From the NCBI GenBank assembly GCA_951406725.2, contig OX597815.1:14508001-14572000 (forward strand): 64,000 nucleotides of DNA, read 5' to 3'. Of this stretch, positions 42,270 through 56,184 are shown in pieces. The DNA comes from Octopus vulgaris. Lineage: Eukaryota. Under the pieces are notes generated by a model. That model was not told the DNA's origin. It did no database searches and saw nothing but the letters and a program-made list of their open reading frames with translations. How positions within the stretch are numbered: position 1 is the stretch's first letter; every line of letters starts with the position of its first letter. The translations under genes and the position numbers were made by a program.

Positions 42270-43790
42270 CGAACTTTTGAAAAACAAATTTAATTTTCAT
42301 TTACAGCCAGATTTTATCTCCTTCAAACTAATTTCCTCTACTGTTGATGAATTGATCCCAATTTTTCCCCTTTTTGGAACGCATTATAAGAGGAATTTTA
42401 GGGGTGGATCACATATCTCGAGGCGATTTTTCGTAGATTTTTTTTCTATCATCTGAAACCAGTGACTTTGCTTTGTGAGTTTCAACTTTCAGGACAAAAA
42501 CCTTCCACGGGGCCTGAAACCGAAGAGTAGAACGGCTAGTGATATTGTGTCGACTTTAGGGCGGCGAGCTGGCAGACACGTTAGCACGCCGGGCGAAATG
42601 CGTAGCCGTATTTCGTCTGCCGTTACGTTCTGAGTTCAAATTCCGCCGAGGTCGACTTTGCCTTTCATCCTTTCAGGGTCGATTAAATACGTACCAGTTA
42701 CGCACTGGGTCGATATAATCGACTTAATCCGTTTGTCTGTCCTTGTTTGTCCTCTATGTGTTTAGCCCCTTGTTGGTAGTAAAGAAATAGATATTGTGTC
42801 GACTTGTCATTTTCCAATTAGTCACGGATTAAGTGTGATGCATGGGTTGCTATCTTCTTGTGCAGCAGCATCTACATCGTTCTTGAGGAAGCTGCGACCT
42901 ACAGGATTTTCTGAATTGTACACCTGAAGAAAAATTATCTTGATCTTTTTTAGTAGTGCGCTCCACCAAATGCTGTGTCATGCTTCATGCAGCCTGCTTC
43001 GCAAAATAGAGTGGCCATACCTGATCTACATTTTATTTGTCATTCTAACATATCCTGAAGTATTCAAATACTTCAGGACATATATGTAGGACTCTTCAGC
43101 AATCGCTTGGCCAAATGGAACACACTCATAATGAGCGGCGCTTTTTCAGTTAAGTCAGACGATCAATACCACCTTCTATTTGAACAACACTAATGAGCTT
43201 TATCTTTCTTTTGTCGCGGCAGCGATGATCCGCATCACAATGCAACAATTTCAGTATGGTTCAATGTGTTAACACAACCTTTTTTTGTTTCGAAATTGTA
43301 GCATGAATCTACACTACATAACTTGTTATTATAATTAACAAAAGCTTCGGTCTGCATTTGAGGGATCAAACACTCATGACTGGCTGTGACTTATTTCTCT
43401 TTCATTTAACTATCAGCAGGTGCGGAACAACACTTGCATCAACACAATGCATTTCTATTTGTTCTTTTAAAAATCATGTGGCTTCACCTTGTACATATAC
43501 ATTCGCGTATTTCACCGACGGTCAGACAACGTCTTCCACAAATCACAGCACGCTCTTTCACAACGTCATCGTTGCTCGTTGTCGTGTAAGTTTTTCAATA
43601 TTTCAAAATGCTTTCAGTGGATGTTCTTCTGGTTTGATGAGTCGGTATCACTCGTAAAATTGCGCATAGCTCAAACAGTTCTTCCCATTAGTCTATTGCA
43701 GAGTCAGAAAACTCTTCGCAAATATTTTTCTCAGTTAAAAGAATTTCATACAAATACTTTGAATGTTCAACGTATGATTAATTACCAAAT
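42270..43790 (-). pseudogene. Highly decayed mariner transposase, interrupted by a SINE
   Basis: Fragments ICMKF..CLS..QFYE..VPHLL (N-terminal) and KLKLT..WDQFINSRG..FEGD (C-terminal). Confidence 0.5.
42559..42790 (+). mobile_element. SINE family 1, full length
   Basis: TSD GATATTGTGTCGACTT. Confidence 0.92.
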
Positions 43791-43847
43791 GCACTAAGCA
43801 TACGTTAATTTTAGGATATATAGAATGATGACTAACTCTATATTGTA

Positions 43848-44128
43848 CAGGGTGTCCAAAAAGTCTGCGTACATGGGGATTAACAATACTTTAAGAAATT
43901 ATTATTTCTTATATTTAATTACTCTTTTACTCTTTTACTTGTTTCAGTCATTTGACTGCGGCCATGCTGGAGCACCGCCTTTGATCGAGCAAATCGACCC
44001 CGGGACTTATTCTTTTGTAAGCCCAGTACTTATTCTATCGGTCTCTTTTGCCGAACTGCTAAGAAACGGGGACGTAAACACACCATCATCGGTTGTCAAG
44101 CAATGCTAGGGGGACAAACACAGACACA

Positions 44129-44210
<82 letters not shown>

Positions 44211-44422
44211 TACGATGGGCTTCTTTCAGTTTCCGTCTACCAAATCCACTCACAAGGCTTTGGTCGGCCCGAGGCTATAGTAGAAGACACTTGCCCAAGG
44301 TGCCACACAGTGGGACTGAACCCGGAAACAAATTTATTTAATTTATCTAAATTTATTTAATTGTTTATTTAATTGTTTATGATTTTATTTACTCCATGTA
44401 CCCAGACTTTGTGGACACCCTG
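43848..44422. mobile_element. Tc1/mariner MITE carrying a nested SINE3 (43920-44327, minus strand)
   Basis: TIRs TA|CAGGGTGTCCAAAAAGTCTGCGTACATGG and CCATGTACCCAGACTTTGTGGACACCCTG|TA. Confidence 0.85.
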
Positions 44423-44753
44423 TATAATGAGGCTTATTATTAGAATGAAAAACAAAAGTCATCAATAAAACTATTTCGCAGTTGCCAGCACACTGCACCG
44501 ACTGATCGGCGCGCTCTTTTAAATGTCTAGTTTCTGTATAAACAATCCTCATTATTAGGAATGCCATAGTTCAATAAAAGACACGATGCATTTGAAATGA
44601 AGAGTATCAGTCGATTTATAAAGGCAACTGAACTTGCAGCTATCTGACTGCTTTTGTATATTATCACATTATCATCTACACAATCTCTGAAGATGATACG
44701 ATATCATATTGTTTACAAACAGTTGGCTATGTGTAATGCCAATACATACATAC

Positions 44754-44756
<3 letters not shown>

Positions 44757-44839
<83 letters not shown>

Positions 44840-44897
44840 TAAATATATATATACATTTATGTGTATATATATATATATATATATACATACATAAATG

Positions 44898-44929
<32 letters not shown>

Positions 44930-44940
44930 TACATACATAA

Positions 44941-45015
<75 letters not shown>

Positions 45016-45057
45016 TAAATATATATATATATATATATTTATATATACATAAATACG

Positions 45058-45107
<50 letters not shown>

Positions 45108-45148
45108 TAAATATATATATATATATATATTTATATATACATAAATAC

Positions 45149-45201
<53 letters not shown>

Positions 45202-45481
45202 TATATACTAATATACATTAATATACATACATCAATGCATATATGCAGGCTGACAGAGAGTATTCCAAGTTAAGTTCCGTTTCAATTTGCTTTATTTTAT
45301 TCTATATTTTCGTCTTCTAAGTCACTTACTGCATCCAATGAAAAGCTTCTTTGGATTTAGACATTGTATTTTTGATTGCCAGACTATTTTTGATTCCCAG
45401 TTCTCTTTGAGGAAATCAGTTCTGTCGTGTTTTTTTTTGTTGTTTTTGATCTCATCAATTACCACTGCTTAACTCTAGATG

Positions 45482-45523
<42 letters not shown>

Positions 45524-45533
45524 GCATGTATAC

Positions 45534-45567
<34 letters not shown>

Positions 45568-45573
45568 TCTATA

Positions 45574-45617
<44 letters not shown>

Positions 45618-45624
45618 TGTATAC

Positions 45625-45661
<37 letters not shown>

Positions 45662-45674
45662 TATATGCATGTAT

Positions 45675-45705
<31 letters not shown>

Positions 45706-45737
45706 TATGCATGTTTACTTAATATACTTTGTGTGTG

Positions 45738-45780
<43 letters not shown>
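44757..45780. repeat. Compound (TA)n/(GA)n arrays with higher-order duplications
   Basis: Repeated (GA)n-TGCATAAA-(TA)n-CATAAATACG blocks and (TA)n-TGCATGTATACTT blocks. Confidence 0.85.
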
Positions 45781-45781
<1 letters not shown>

Positions 45782-46073
45782 CGCGCGCTTTCGTTCCAAC
45801 TTGCACACAGATATAATAACTATCTTGCCATCTTTAACCATCTACGGTCTTTTAAACTCAATATTGTTTTCAAATTGTGTTGCTGCTGCTACTACTGCTG
45901 CTGCTGCCCTGCTTTTTGCTTCTGCTTTTGTTGTTGTTGTTGTTGTTGTTGTTGATTGTTAATATTGTTGCTAAGAAAAGACAAACAATGAAGAGTGAGT
46001 TTCTGAAACAACCGAGATTGTCAGTGTCGTTTCTACTCAACCTATGGTTTAACATGCAGCACACATGTAGTGG

Positions 46074-46087
46074 GTGATGATGATGAC

Positions 46088-46134
<47 letters not shown>

Positions 46135-46348
46135 CGATGATGATGATGATGACGATGATGACGATGATGATGATGATGATGACGATGATGATGATGATGA
46201 CGACGATGATGATGATGATGATGATGATGATGACGATGATGATGATGATGATGATGATGACGATGATGATGACGATGATGATGGTGATGATGATGATGAT
46301 GATGATGACGATGATGATGATGATGATGATGATGATGACGATGATGAC

Positions 46349-46390
<42 letters not shown>

Positions 46391-46417
46391 GATGATGATG
46401 ATGATGATGATGATGAC

Positions 46418-46468
<51 letters not shown>

Positions 46469-46562
46469 GATGATGATGATGATGACGATGATGATGATGA
46501 CGATGATGACGATGATGATGACGATGATCATGATGATGATCATGATGATGATGACGATGATG
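46074..46562. repeat. (GAT)n trinucleotide array of about 490 bp
   Basis: Direct reading. Confidence 0.97.
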
Positions 46563-46990
46563 TTTTATCCTCATGTCAACTCTGGCTGAGCTTACTTGCG
46601 ATCGAAAACGTTCCGGTGTTGACCACTTCGTCCTTCTCTAGAGACATTGCAAATACAGGACTATATTATTTCTGCATCTCGCTCCTTTTAGACGATAAAG
46701 CGTACTTTGAGCAAAAAAATATGGCTACTATTTTTAACAAGTCTATTGACGACGTAGAGAATGCCTCGTGGGTCCATAGCAACAGCTTTGATATCAATGG
46801 GGCAGCTATTTAAATCGCAATTCTTGATTCTGTTAACCTTATAGCTCGCCAAATTACTTCAACATAATTGAGTCTTCTGACTTGGGGATGGCTGTTGAGA
46901 ATAAATTTTTGCTATACATCTGTATGGATGCTGTTTAACCCTGTAATGTATTTTGTTAATTATTCTTTAAAGTTCAGATAGTACGTTTTT

Positions 46991-47355
46991 ACGAGGTGCA
47001 TTCTAGAAGTTTTGAAACTTTTTTTCAGGAGTTCAAAGAGGTACAAAACTCTAATCTCCTTCAAAAATATGATCCTCTGTGTTCAATGGACTTGTTGTTG
47101 TGCTCCAGCTATTTCACGAAGGTTCCATGGAAGACCTCGAAAGTGAAGGTGCCCAGGACCCTTATCAAAGCCTCCTTTATCTTTTCAATGTCTTCAAAAC
47201 GACTGACCCTGAGATTCTTCTTCAACTTGGGAACAACCAAAAGTAAAGGGAGCAAAATCTGACCTGTAGTGGAGGGTGAGAGACATTTTTGATGTCCATT
47301 TCAGTCAAGCAGTTGGCTACCAAGATGGAATTGTGACAAGCAATGTTTTGTAGGG
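46991..47355 (-). pseudogene. Mariner transposase C-terminal remnant with terminal CCTCG|TA
   Basis: HNSILVANCLTEMDIKNVSHPP..FPKLKKNLR..RFEDIE..RGSYFEGD. Confidence 0.7.
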
Positions 47356-47416
47356 TGTGTTCAAAGTTTTGTTACATCCATCTCCTTCAATCTGGAATAA
47401 AAAGTTAGAAGGTCAG

Positions 47417-47790
47417 CTTTTTAGATGTATAACAATTACATACTATGTAACGTATAAAAGCCATCTCAATATGGCTAACCACAAAGGGGAGGGGTGTTAC
47501 TGTAGCTTTTTAGTCCCAGGAGATCATCGTCTCCAGCTGGCTTTAGACACACTTTCTGTGCCCTTTAGGTATTTGCAAAGAGAGGCCATCCCTTTCTCGT
47601 AAGCCTGAGTGATACGCACCGGACCGGTTTCGAGATAATTGTCTCTTATCAACGGGCGGTAATCACCAGATCACGATGAAAGACAAGGCCTGTTTGCAAA
47701 TATATAAGAGTTTTTCTAGTGACATCTGCCACTGATTTCGAAAAACTGACTGTAAGCATTATTAAATCTCAGAACGAGATGTAAACAGTA
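47417..47790 (-). mobile_element. Putative PLE pseudo-LTR or hammerhead element (family H3)
   Basis: Contains the hammerhead at 47619-47655; both ends also occur inside the Helitron at 7352-7443. Confidence 0.6.
47619..47655 (-). ncRNA. Minimal hammerhead with U3-A8 core variant
   Basis: CCG-TTGATAA-GAGA(CAATTA)TCTC-GAAA-CCGG-TC-CGG. Confidence 0.65.
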
Positions 47791-48489
47791 ATACTAAAAT
47801 AGCAATAATCTGGGGCATTTATAACTGCCTTTCGTAAGGAAGTTTCAAAACTTGTGGAGTGCCCCTCGTAAGTGGTAGACAGGCAGAACCGTTAGAATGT
47901 AGAAGAAAATACCCTTGTATTTATTCCAGCTCTTTTGTCTGTCTACAATCCTCAATGGTATATTGTTTTATCGGCTTCGCAAGAGTAAAAGGTAAAATTA
48001 ATCTGGGCGAGTTCTTAACTCAGAAGGTAAAGAGCCAGAACAAATATTTGTTTTCTACATTTTCACCAACTCACTATCTTTCTCTATGTAACTAATGTTG
48101 ATATTTGATATTTTGAATGCATTTAATACACATGTTTCTAGTTGTTCTATAAGATAATTCTTAAATACTACATCGTCTTCAGTCAAGCATTTCAAAATAT
48201 AAATGTTAAACAAAACTTTTCTCGATATATAGCAGTTCCCGTGAGGACGTTAGTGAACCCGCCTTTAAGCTGAGAGGAAGGGAGGAAAATGGATAGGGGA
48301 AAGGGAGAGATAGAGAGGGAAAGAACATACATGTAAGGGAGACGGAAAGGGCCGAGGTAGATGAGAGGAAGAGGAAAGGGAAAAATAGAGTAAATAAGTA
48401 CATTGATAAATAAATATGTGATTAAATAGACAATAAATCTGAATGGAAGAGAATAGGAAGGAAGAGAACGAAAACGAGGAGAGGTGGAG

Positions 48490-48687
48490 GAGGGGGAAGA
48501 AGAAGAAGAAGAAGAAGAAGAAGAAGAAGAAGAAGGAGGAGGAGGAGGAGGAGGAGGAGAGGAGGAGGAGGAGGAGGGAGGAGGAGGAGGTGGAGGAGAA
48601 GGAGGAGGTGGAGGGGAGGAGAGGGGGAGAGAAGAAGAAGAAGAAGAAGAAGAAGAAGAAGAAGAAGAAGAAGAAGAGAAAGAAGGA

Positions 48688-48727
<40 letters not shown>

Positions 48728-48750
48728 AGGAGGGAAAGAAAGGAAGAAAA
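48490..48750. repeat. Polypurine (GAA)n/(GGA)n/(GAAA)n tract
   Basis: Direct reading. Confidence 0.95.
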
Positions 48751-48883
48751 ATCGTTTCTACAGTTGCTTATATATATAGCAAATTTTTATTTAACATTCT
48801 AATTTTGAAATGTTTAACTGAAGAAGTAATATTATGTATTGTCTGACATTACTACAAGAAACACGAGTATTAAATGCATTCAT

Positions 48884-48962
<79 letters not shown>

Positions 48963-49639
48963 TGCACATAGGCATACACACGTACAAGCACACATATGCA
49001 TACGCTTATATATCTATGTGTGCATGTGTGTGCACACACACACGTGCACACTCGCACACACCCAGAGTACATCGCGACGAAGAATTCAGTGAGCCTCTAT
49101 CATTATGGATCTTACCACCGAAGCATTGTAGCATAATGTTATCGAACTTGTCATCCGTGTCTAGCAATTCTGAATCGCAGTTATATACAACAGAAAGGTC
49201 GATATCAACCAGTTGAGAGCCAGCATATATATAAACTTCCGTTTAACAGATTTGAGCAATTGCTTATCAATATATCTTCCTCCTCTGTTTCAACAGCAAC
49301 AACACCTGTATTCGGTCAAAGCATTCAATATCTCTGGCGGGAAATGAAAAGTTTAATGACACTGACATCAAATTGACTTACCATACGATGAAAGGGCACA
49401 GTTTTGTATCAACTAACAATACTGGTAGGGAGGGTGTTATTGAAGCTGGTCGTGGCGGTGAGGGACGTACCAGCGCATGGTTCATTTGGCGTTGGAATCA
49501 CAAATGAATTATCACTTCTCTTGGATTCTCAAGGGTAGATATCTGATAATTTGCTTCCTACAGCACTTCACATGGACGTAACACGCATACACTCACATTC
49601 ACGTACGCACTGATATCGTCGAGCAGAAGCTCTCAATAG

Positions 49640-49688
<49 letters not shown>

Positions 49689-49779
49689 GCCTGTTTGCCT
49701 GTAATTCTGCGTATTGGTCTCTCCATCTCTTTCCCTCTCGTTCTTTTTCTCTCTCATGTAGATAGAAGAATTACAAAGA

Positions 49780-50305
<526 letters not shown>

Positions 50306-50919
50306 ACACCGGTAGTCCATTACGCTCGCAGTTTCGCTGATGTCTTTCGCTTGGTTTTACAAATTAAGATTAATTGAGAAGGTATTTGTGAATTTACATA
50401 GAGAAACATTGATACTGCAATATTTCCGCCCTTCTTTGACCAGCCGCACCACAGCCGCACCCACCTACGCTACCATCCTCCTTTGTCATCCTCCTATTCT
50501 CTTCTCCCTTACATTCCATCTCTTCCCTTTGTTGTCCTCCCTTTTGTCCCCCTTGATGAATGCCTTTAACATGTTACACGTGATAAATTGATATTTAATT
50601 TGAACAACCAAATTAGTCTTCGAGCTCTTCTTCGACGACTATATTAGGTTGTGTAAAGTGGTGCGGAGACAGCGTGGCGGAGCAAGACTCCAAACAGGCT
50701 GCAAGACATATTTGCACATTCGTCGTAGCTATTATTATCATCATCGCCATCACCACGACAGTCATCATCATCGTCATCAACATCATCGTCATTATCGTCG
50801 TCGTCATCGTTGTCGCCATTGTTGCAGTCTACAGCTGTCGTTGTCGTTGTGACCGTCGACATCACCATACTTTCAAGCATGGATCAGTGAGATGTTCATA
50901 ATCATATATTTATATATAT

Positions 50920-50958
<39 letters not shown>

Positions 50959-51096
50959 TAGCTTGTTCGTTTACATCTCTCTATATGTGTGTTTGTGTGT
51001 GTGTGTATGTTTATGTATATATATATATATATGTATATATATTGTATATATATATGTATATATATAAATATACATATACATATATACATATATATA

Positions 51097-51282
51097 TACT
51101 TTTACTCTTTTACTTGTTTCAGTCATTTGACTGCGGCCATGCTGTAGTCGAACAAATTGACCCCAGGACTTATTCTTTGTAAGCCTAGTACTTATTCTAT
51201 CGGTCTCTTTTGCCGAACCGCTAAGTTACGAGGACGTAAACACACCAGCATCGGTTGTCAAGTGATGTTAGGGGGACAAACA

Positions 51283-51349
<67 letters not shown>

Positions 51350-51480
51350 CGACAGGCTTCTCTTAGTTTCCGTCTACCAAATCCACTCACAAGGCTTCTA
51401 TAGTAGAAGTCCCACGCAGCGGGATTGAACCCGGAACCATATGGTTGGTAAGCAACTATTACCACACAGCTACTCCTGCG

Positions 51481-51483
<3 letters not shown>
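51097..51483 (-). mobile_element. SINE family 3
   Basis: Homologous to 34217-34682, with an internal (TA)n. Confidence 0.85.
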
Positions 51484-51544
<61 letters not shown>

Positions 51545-51935
51545 CATGTTTGTGCGCACATGTGCTTCTATGTATGTATGTATATATATATGTATTATGT
51601 ATGTGTGTATATACTAATGAAGCGCATTGTAGGCAGGATGTGTTGCAGTATCCATACTGGCTGTTCGTAATCTGTATAGACCCAAGTCGATAGCCTTACT
51701 CTTTCGTAAAGATAACTGGCGTAGAGGGAGGTGGGTTACATGTATATGTACCGGCCAAGCTCCCTCAAAAGACTAGCACAGGCTTTGACCGATGGAGAGC
51801 CGAACACATACATATATGCCCATGAGTGTATATCTATATTTATGTGTGTGTATGTGTGTGTGAGTGTGAGTGTGTGTGTGTATGAGAGAGAGAGAGTAAT
51901 ATATATGCAAACATACACACATAGATATTCATATA

Positions 51936-52328
51936 TCTATATATATAAAGCTGAAGTTGTCTGTGTGTGTGGCAGGTTTGGTAGCCTTCAACTAACACTA
52001 TCTCCTCCGAGAGCCTGCGGCGCAAGTTGACCAAAATTGAGAGTATGATAGAAGAAGGCTTGCTCTTTATTCCGTAGGAAATAAAATTCAAATCGGACCA
52101 TGTTAACATCAAAAATTATTTACATTAGTAAGGTGCTTTTTTTCTATGAAAATCCCTATTTTTTACGATTTTTTTTACTGCTGTGTCGCCATTTTTCGGT
52201 GTATTTCAACCAGAAAAATGTTCACTTAAAGAGAATAACAAGCTACATAATGCAAACTTTTTACTTTTTAAAAATTCCGATTCTAAAGGGTCGAAACAAA
52301 CCCGAGCAACGCCGGGCGATTCTGCTAG
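51936..52328 (+). mobile_element. Non-autonomous Helitron (family B, short form)
   Basis: A|TCTATATATATAAAGC ... CCCGAGCAACGCCGGG ... CTGCTAG|T; a paralogous empty site lies at about 54021. Confidence 0.88.
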
Positions 52329-53207
52329 TATATTATATAGTTGGAATATAGTTGAGCAAGGCAGAATCGTTAACACGCCGAGCAAAATGCCTTGCGGTAT
52401 TTTGTCAGTCCTTACATTGTGTTCAAATTCCGCCGAGGTCAGCTTTGCCTGTCATCCTTTCGGGATCGATAAAAAAACTACCAGCTGAAAACAAAGGGTC
52501 GATATAATCGACTTACTCCAGCCCCAGAAATTGCTGGCCTTGTGCCAAAATTTGAAACCAATATTATAGAGGTGAATAAAATTTGACTAAAAACCTTATC
52601 GGATGCTATACAAAGCCTGTCTGCCGGCACTGGCTACCAAATGTCTTCATACAGCAGGAATACTCAAGTCACTGGATGTACTTTTGCAATTCTATAATAT
52701 CCGTAGAGTATATAGTAAAAGATGAATAAGAGAATTTGGATTGAACGACATTCTGTATTTCATATCGCTGCTATTGTTTCTATACACCGTTACACTATTA
52801 GTAAATTGGTGATATGATATAATTAACATATTACTTAATCAATACCATCCATCAATGGTGTAACATGTTTTTCTTCAGGTGAGTACTTTAATAAGTCCTT
52901 CGTTAGGTCAGACTGCCCATACGAGAATGAATACCCGAAGTAGTCTGCTATTTAGAGGAATCTGCAAGCAAAGCTAATCCCTGAGATAAAACGATAGGCA
53001 AAACAAAAGTATAATAAAAACACAAAATACAAAAACGAAAAAACAAAGACAAAAACCTGATGTCCAGTCAATTGTAAAATGCAATTCTATCTTCGCCGTC
53101 AGATGAAGAAAAAGAAAAAGAAAATAAAGAATGAAATTAAGCGTTTAGAGATAATAATGTGACAACTATGTATACACACGTGTGCGTGTGTATTTCTATG
53201 TGTATAT

Positions 53208-53624
53208 ATATTTCTTTACTACCCACAAGGGGCTAAACACAGAGGAGACAAACAAGGAGAGATAAAGGGATTAAGTCGATTTCATCGACCCCAGTGCGTA
53301 ACTGGTACTTAATTTATCGACCCCGAAAGGATGAAAGGCAAAGTCGACCTCGGCGGAATTTGAACTCGGAACGTAACGGCAGACGAAATACCTATTTCTT
53401 TACTACCCACAAGGGGCTAAACACAGAGGGGACAAACAAGGACAGACAAAGGGATTAAGTCGATTACATCGACCCCAGTGCGTAACTGGTACTTAATTTA
53501 TCGACCCCGGAAGAATGAAAGGCAAAGTCGACCTCGGCGGAATTTGAACTCGAAACGTAACGGCAGACGAATAACGGCAACGCATTTCGCCCGGCGTGCT
53601 AACGTTTCTGCCAGCTCGCCGCCT
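53208..53624 (-). mobile_element. SINE family 1 dimer
   Basis: Junction at 53391/53392; outer TSD TTCTAYGTGTATATAT. Confidence 0.9.
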
Positions 53625-54061
53625 TCTACGTGTATATATGCATATATTTCTATGTGTGGGGGTTTTTTTCTTTGAGTTTTATTTACATTCTTATGAGAGT
53701 TTGAGTTGGTTGCTACAAAGCCCGTAGACGAGCTTTATATAGCATCCGATAAGGTTTTAGTAAAATTTTATTCACCTCTATAATATTGGTTTCAAATTTT
53801 GGCACAATGCCAGCAATTTCTGGTGCTGGAGTAAGTCGGTTATATCGACCCTTTGTTTTCAGCTGGTACTTTTTTTTTTATCGATCCCGAAAGGATGAAA
53901 GGCAAAGCTGACCTCGGCGGAATTTGAACACAATGTAAGGAATGACAAAATACCGCAAAGCACTTTGCTCGGCGTGTTAACGATTCTGCCTTGTTCAACT
54001 ATATTCCAACTATATAATATAGGTATAAATATCTATGTGTGCATGTATGCATATATATTGA

Positions 54062-54580
54062 ATTAAGAGAGTTTCCAGTGTTTGTAAATATGCGGTTGAA
54101 TCAGTGTGGTGGTTGAACTGTCGATGCACACAACCATATATGTGTGCCTCTATTCCTCTAAAGGATCTCGGATTCTACAGAACAATATCAGGTCTGTTGT
54201 GTCTGCACCTAATTGCAGTTTTCATTGGAGTATTCGACCTGTATTCCTTGTTCTTAAAGATGTTAATACATTCTTGTTCTGACACACCAGTGCAGTCCCT
54301 CCTGTGGATAGCATTGTAAATATTATTTGCAACTCTAGCAGGAGTAGATAGTACCTCGTAGATATTTTGGCGAAACTGCAGATGATGTGGGTGATATCTT
54401 CCACACTGGTATAAAATGGCCAACATTTTCTATCACAGTGTGGAGGTTTGTTGATGTCTTTGTCTCTCTCTCGTTTATCAGGCATTTAACAGCTATTTTT
54501 CTGTTCATGGGTCACGAATGCATATCCTTCTTGGTGGTATGTAATGTATCAATCACTGGATACATTTCCTGTCGATGCTA
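54062..54580 (-). pseudogene. R4/Dong-like (restriction-like endonuclease) LINE remnant
   Basis: Decayed CCHC knuckle DRKC..VEDITHIICS..RYYL..VA followed by HNRPDIV. Confidence 0.72.
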
Positions 54581-54582
54581 CT

Positions 54583-54747
54583 GTATGTATGCATGCATGC
54601 ATGTATGCATGTATGTATGTATGTATGTATGTATGTATGTACGTATGTATGTATGTATGTATGTATGTGTGTGTGTATGTATGTATGCATGTATGTATGT
54701 ATGTATGATTCTATGTATGTATGTATGTATGTATGTATGTATGTATG

Positions 54748-54781
<34 letters not shown>

Positions 54782-54927
54782 TGATTGTATGTATGTATGT
54801 ATGTATGTATGTATGTATGTATGTATGTATGTATGTATGTATGTATGTATGATTCTATGTATGTATGTATGTATGTATGTATGTATGTATGTATGTATGT
54901 ATGTATGTATGTATGTATGTATGTATG

Positions 54928-54958
<31 letters not shown>

Positions 54959-55355
54959 TATATGTATGTATGTACGTACGTACGTATGTATGTATGTATG
55001 CATGTATGTATGTATGTATTACGTACGTATGTATGTATGTATGTATGTATGTATGTATGTATGTATGTACGTACGTACGTACGTATGTATGTATGTATGC
55101 ATGTATGTATGTATGTATGTATGTATGTATGTATGTTTGTATGTATGTATGTATGTATGTATGTATGTGTATGTGTATGTATGTATGTATGTATGTATGT
55201 ACGTACGTACGTACGTATGTATGTATATATGTATGTATGTATGTATGTATGATTCTATGTATGTATGTATGTATGTATCTATGTATGTATGTATGTATTT
55301 ATCTATGTATGTATGTATGTATGATTCTATGTATGTATGTATGTATGTATGTATG

Positions 55356-55386
<31 letters not shown>

Positions 55387-55388
55387 AT
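54583..55388. repeat. (TATG)n array of about 800 bp
   Basis: Direct reading. Confidence 0.97.
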
Positions 55389-55898
55389 GTGGAACATTTT
55401 TCCTTTTATGCATGTTTCATTAGATACATGACTATGTTCAAGTTGTATCTGTATTGCTATATTTTTCCAGCCTTATACAGTTAGTCCGGAGCGGATTTCC
55501 TCACAGGACAAAATTAGATCGGAAAATACAACAGGAAAGTGCTTATATAATTTACAAACATCTGCACAAAAATGGAAGACCAGTTATGGAAAGGAAACCA
55601 TCCTCATATCTCAATACAATGCCAAAGTTAACCCTCAAAACACATGCATAATAAATTAACAATTCAACAAGGGACATAATCCAAAACAGTCGATAAACGT
55701 TTGGCAGGAAAAGTCTGCGGGAATTCAATCAGTATGTAAGAGACAACACAAACACCAAATATATATTCAATGCAATTCTTTATAATGAGACTGTGAAGTT
55801 CTAGAAATGTTGGGTATGAATTTAGGGACTATTTAGGGACTATCCAAACTAACTGTAAAAAGCTAAGAAGACAATAGGAAAGCTAGAAAATGAGAAAG

Positions 55899-55992
<94 letters not shown>

Positions 55993-56137
55993 CCTTTTTT
56001 ATTTGTCTCAGTCATTTGACCGCAGTCATGCTAAAGTACCACGTACGTATGTATGTATATATGTATGTATGTATGTACGTATGTATACATATATACAAAC
56101 ACACACACATATGCATACATACCAAAATATGTATGTG

Positions 56138-56184
<47 letters not shown>

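Larger units (their letters stand above)
51899..54058. repeat. Inverted duplication with arms of about 340 bp, each containing an old SINE1
   Basis: 51899-51935 plus 52329-52628 is the reverse complement of 53720-54058. Confidence 0.88.

Noticed and set aside
46708-46806. Possible minus-strand exon encoding DIKAVAMDPRGILYVVN
   Set aside because: Splice signals are weak and there are no partner exons; it cannot be supported without a homology search.
45870-46813. Poly-His, poly-Asp and poly-Met ORFs
   Set aside because: They are translations of the (GAT)n microsatellite. The same applies to the YIYI, VCMY, LSIY and KERK ORFs elsewhere.
49110-49545. Possible minus-strand exons (ATG|GTAAGT at about 49381, CCGCCAG acceptor at about 49335)
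   Set aside because: Stops interrupt the candidate frames, the intron would be very short, and no protein is recognisable.
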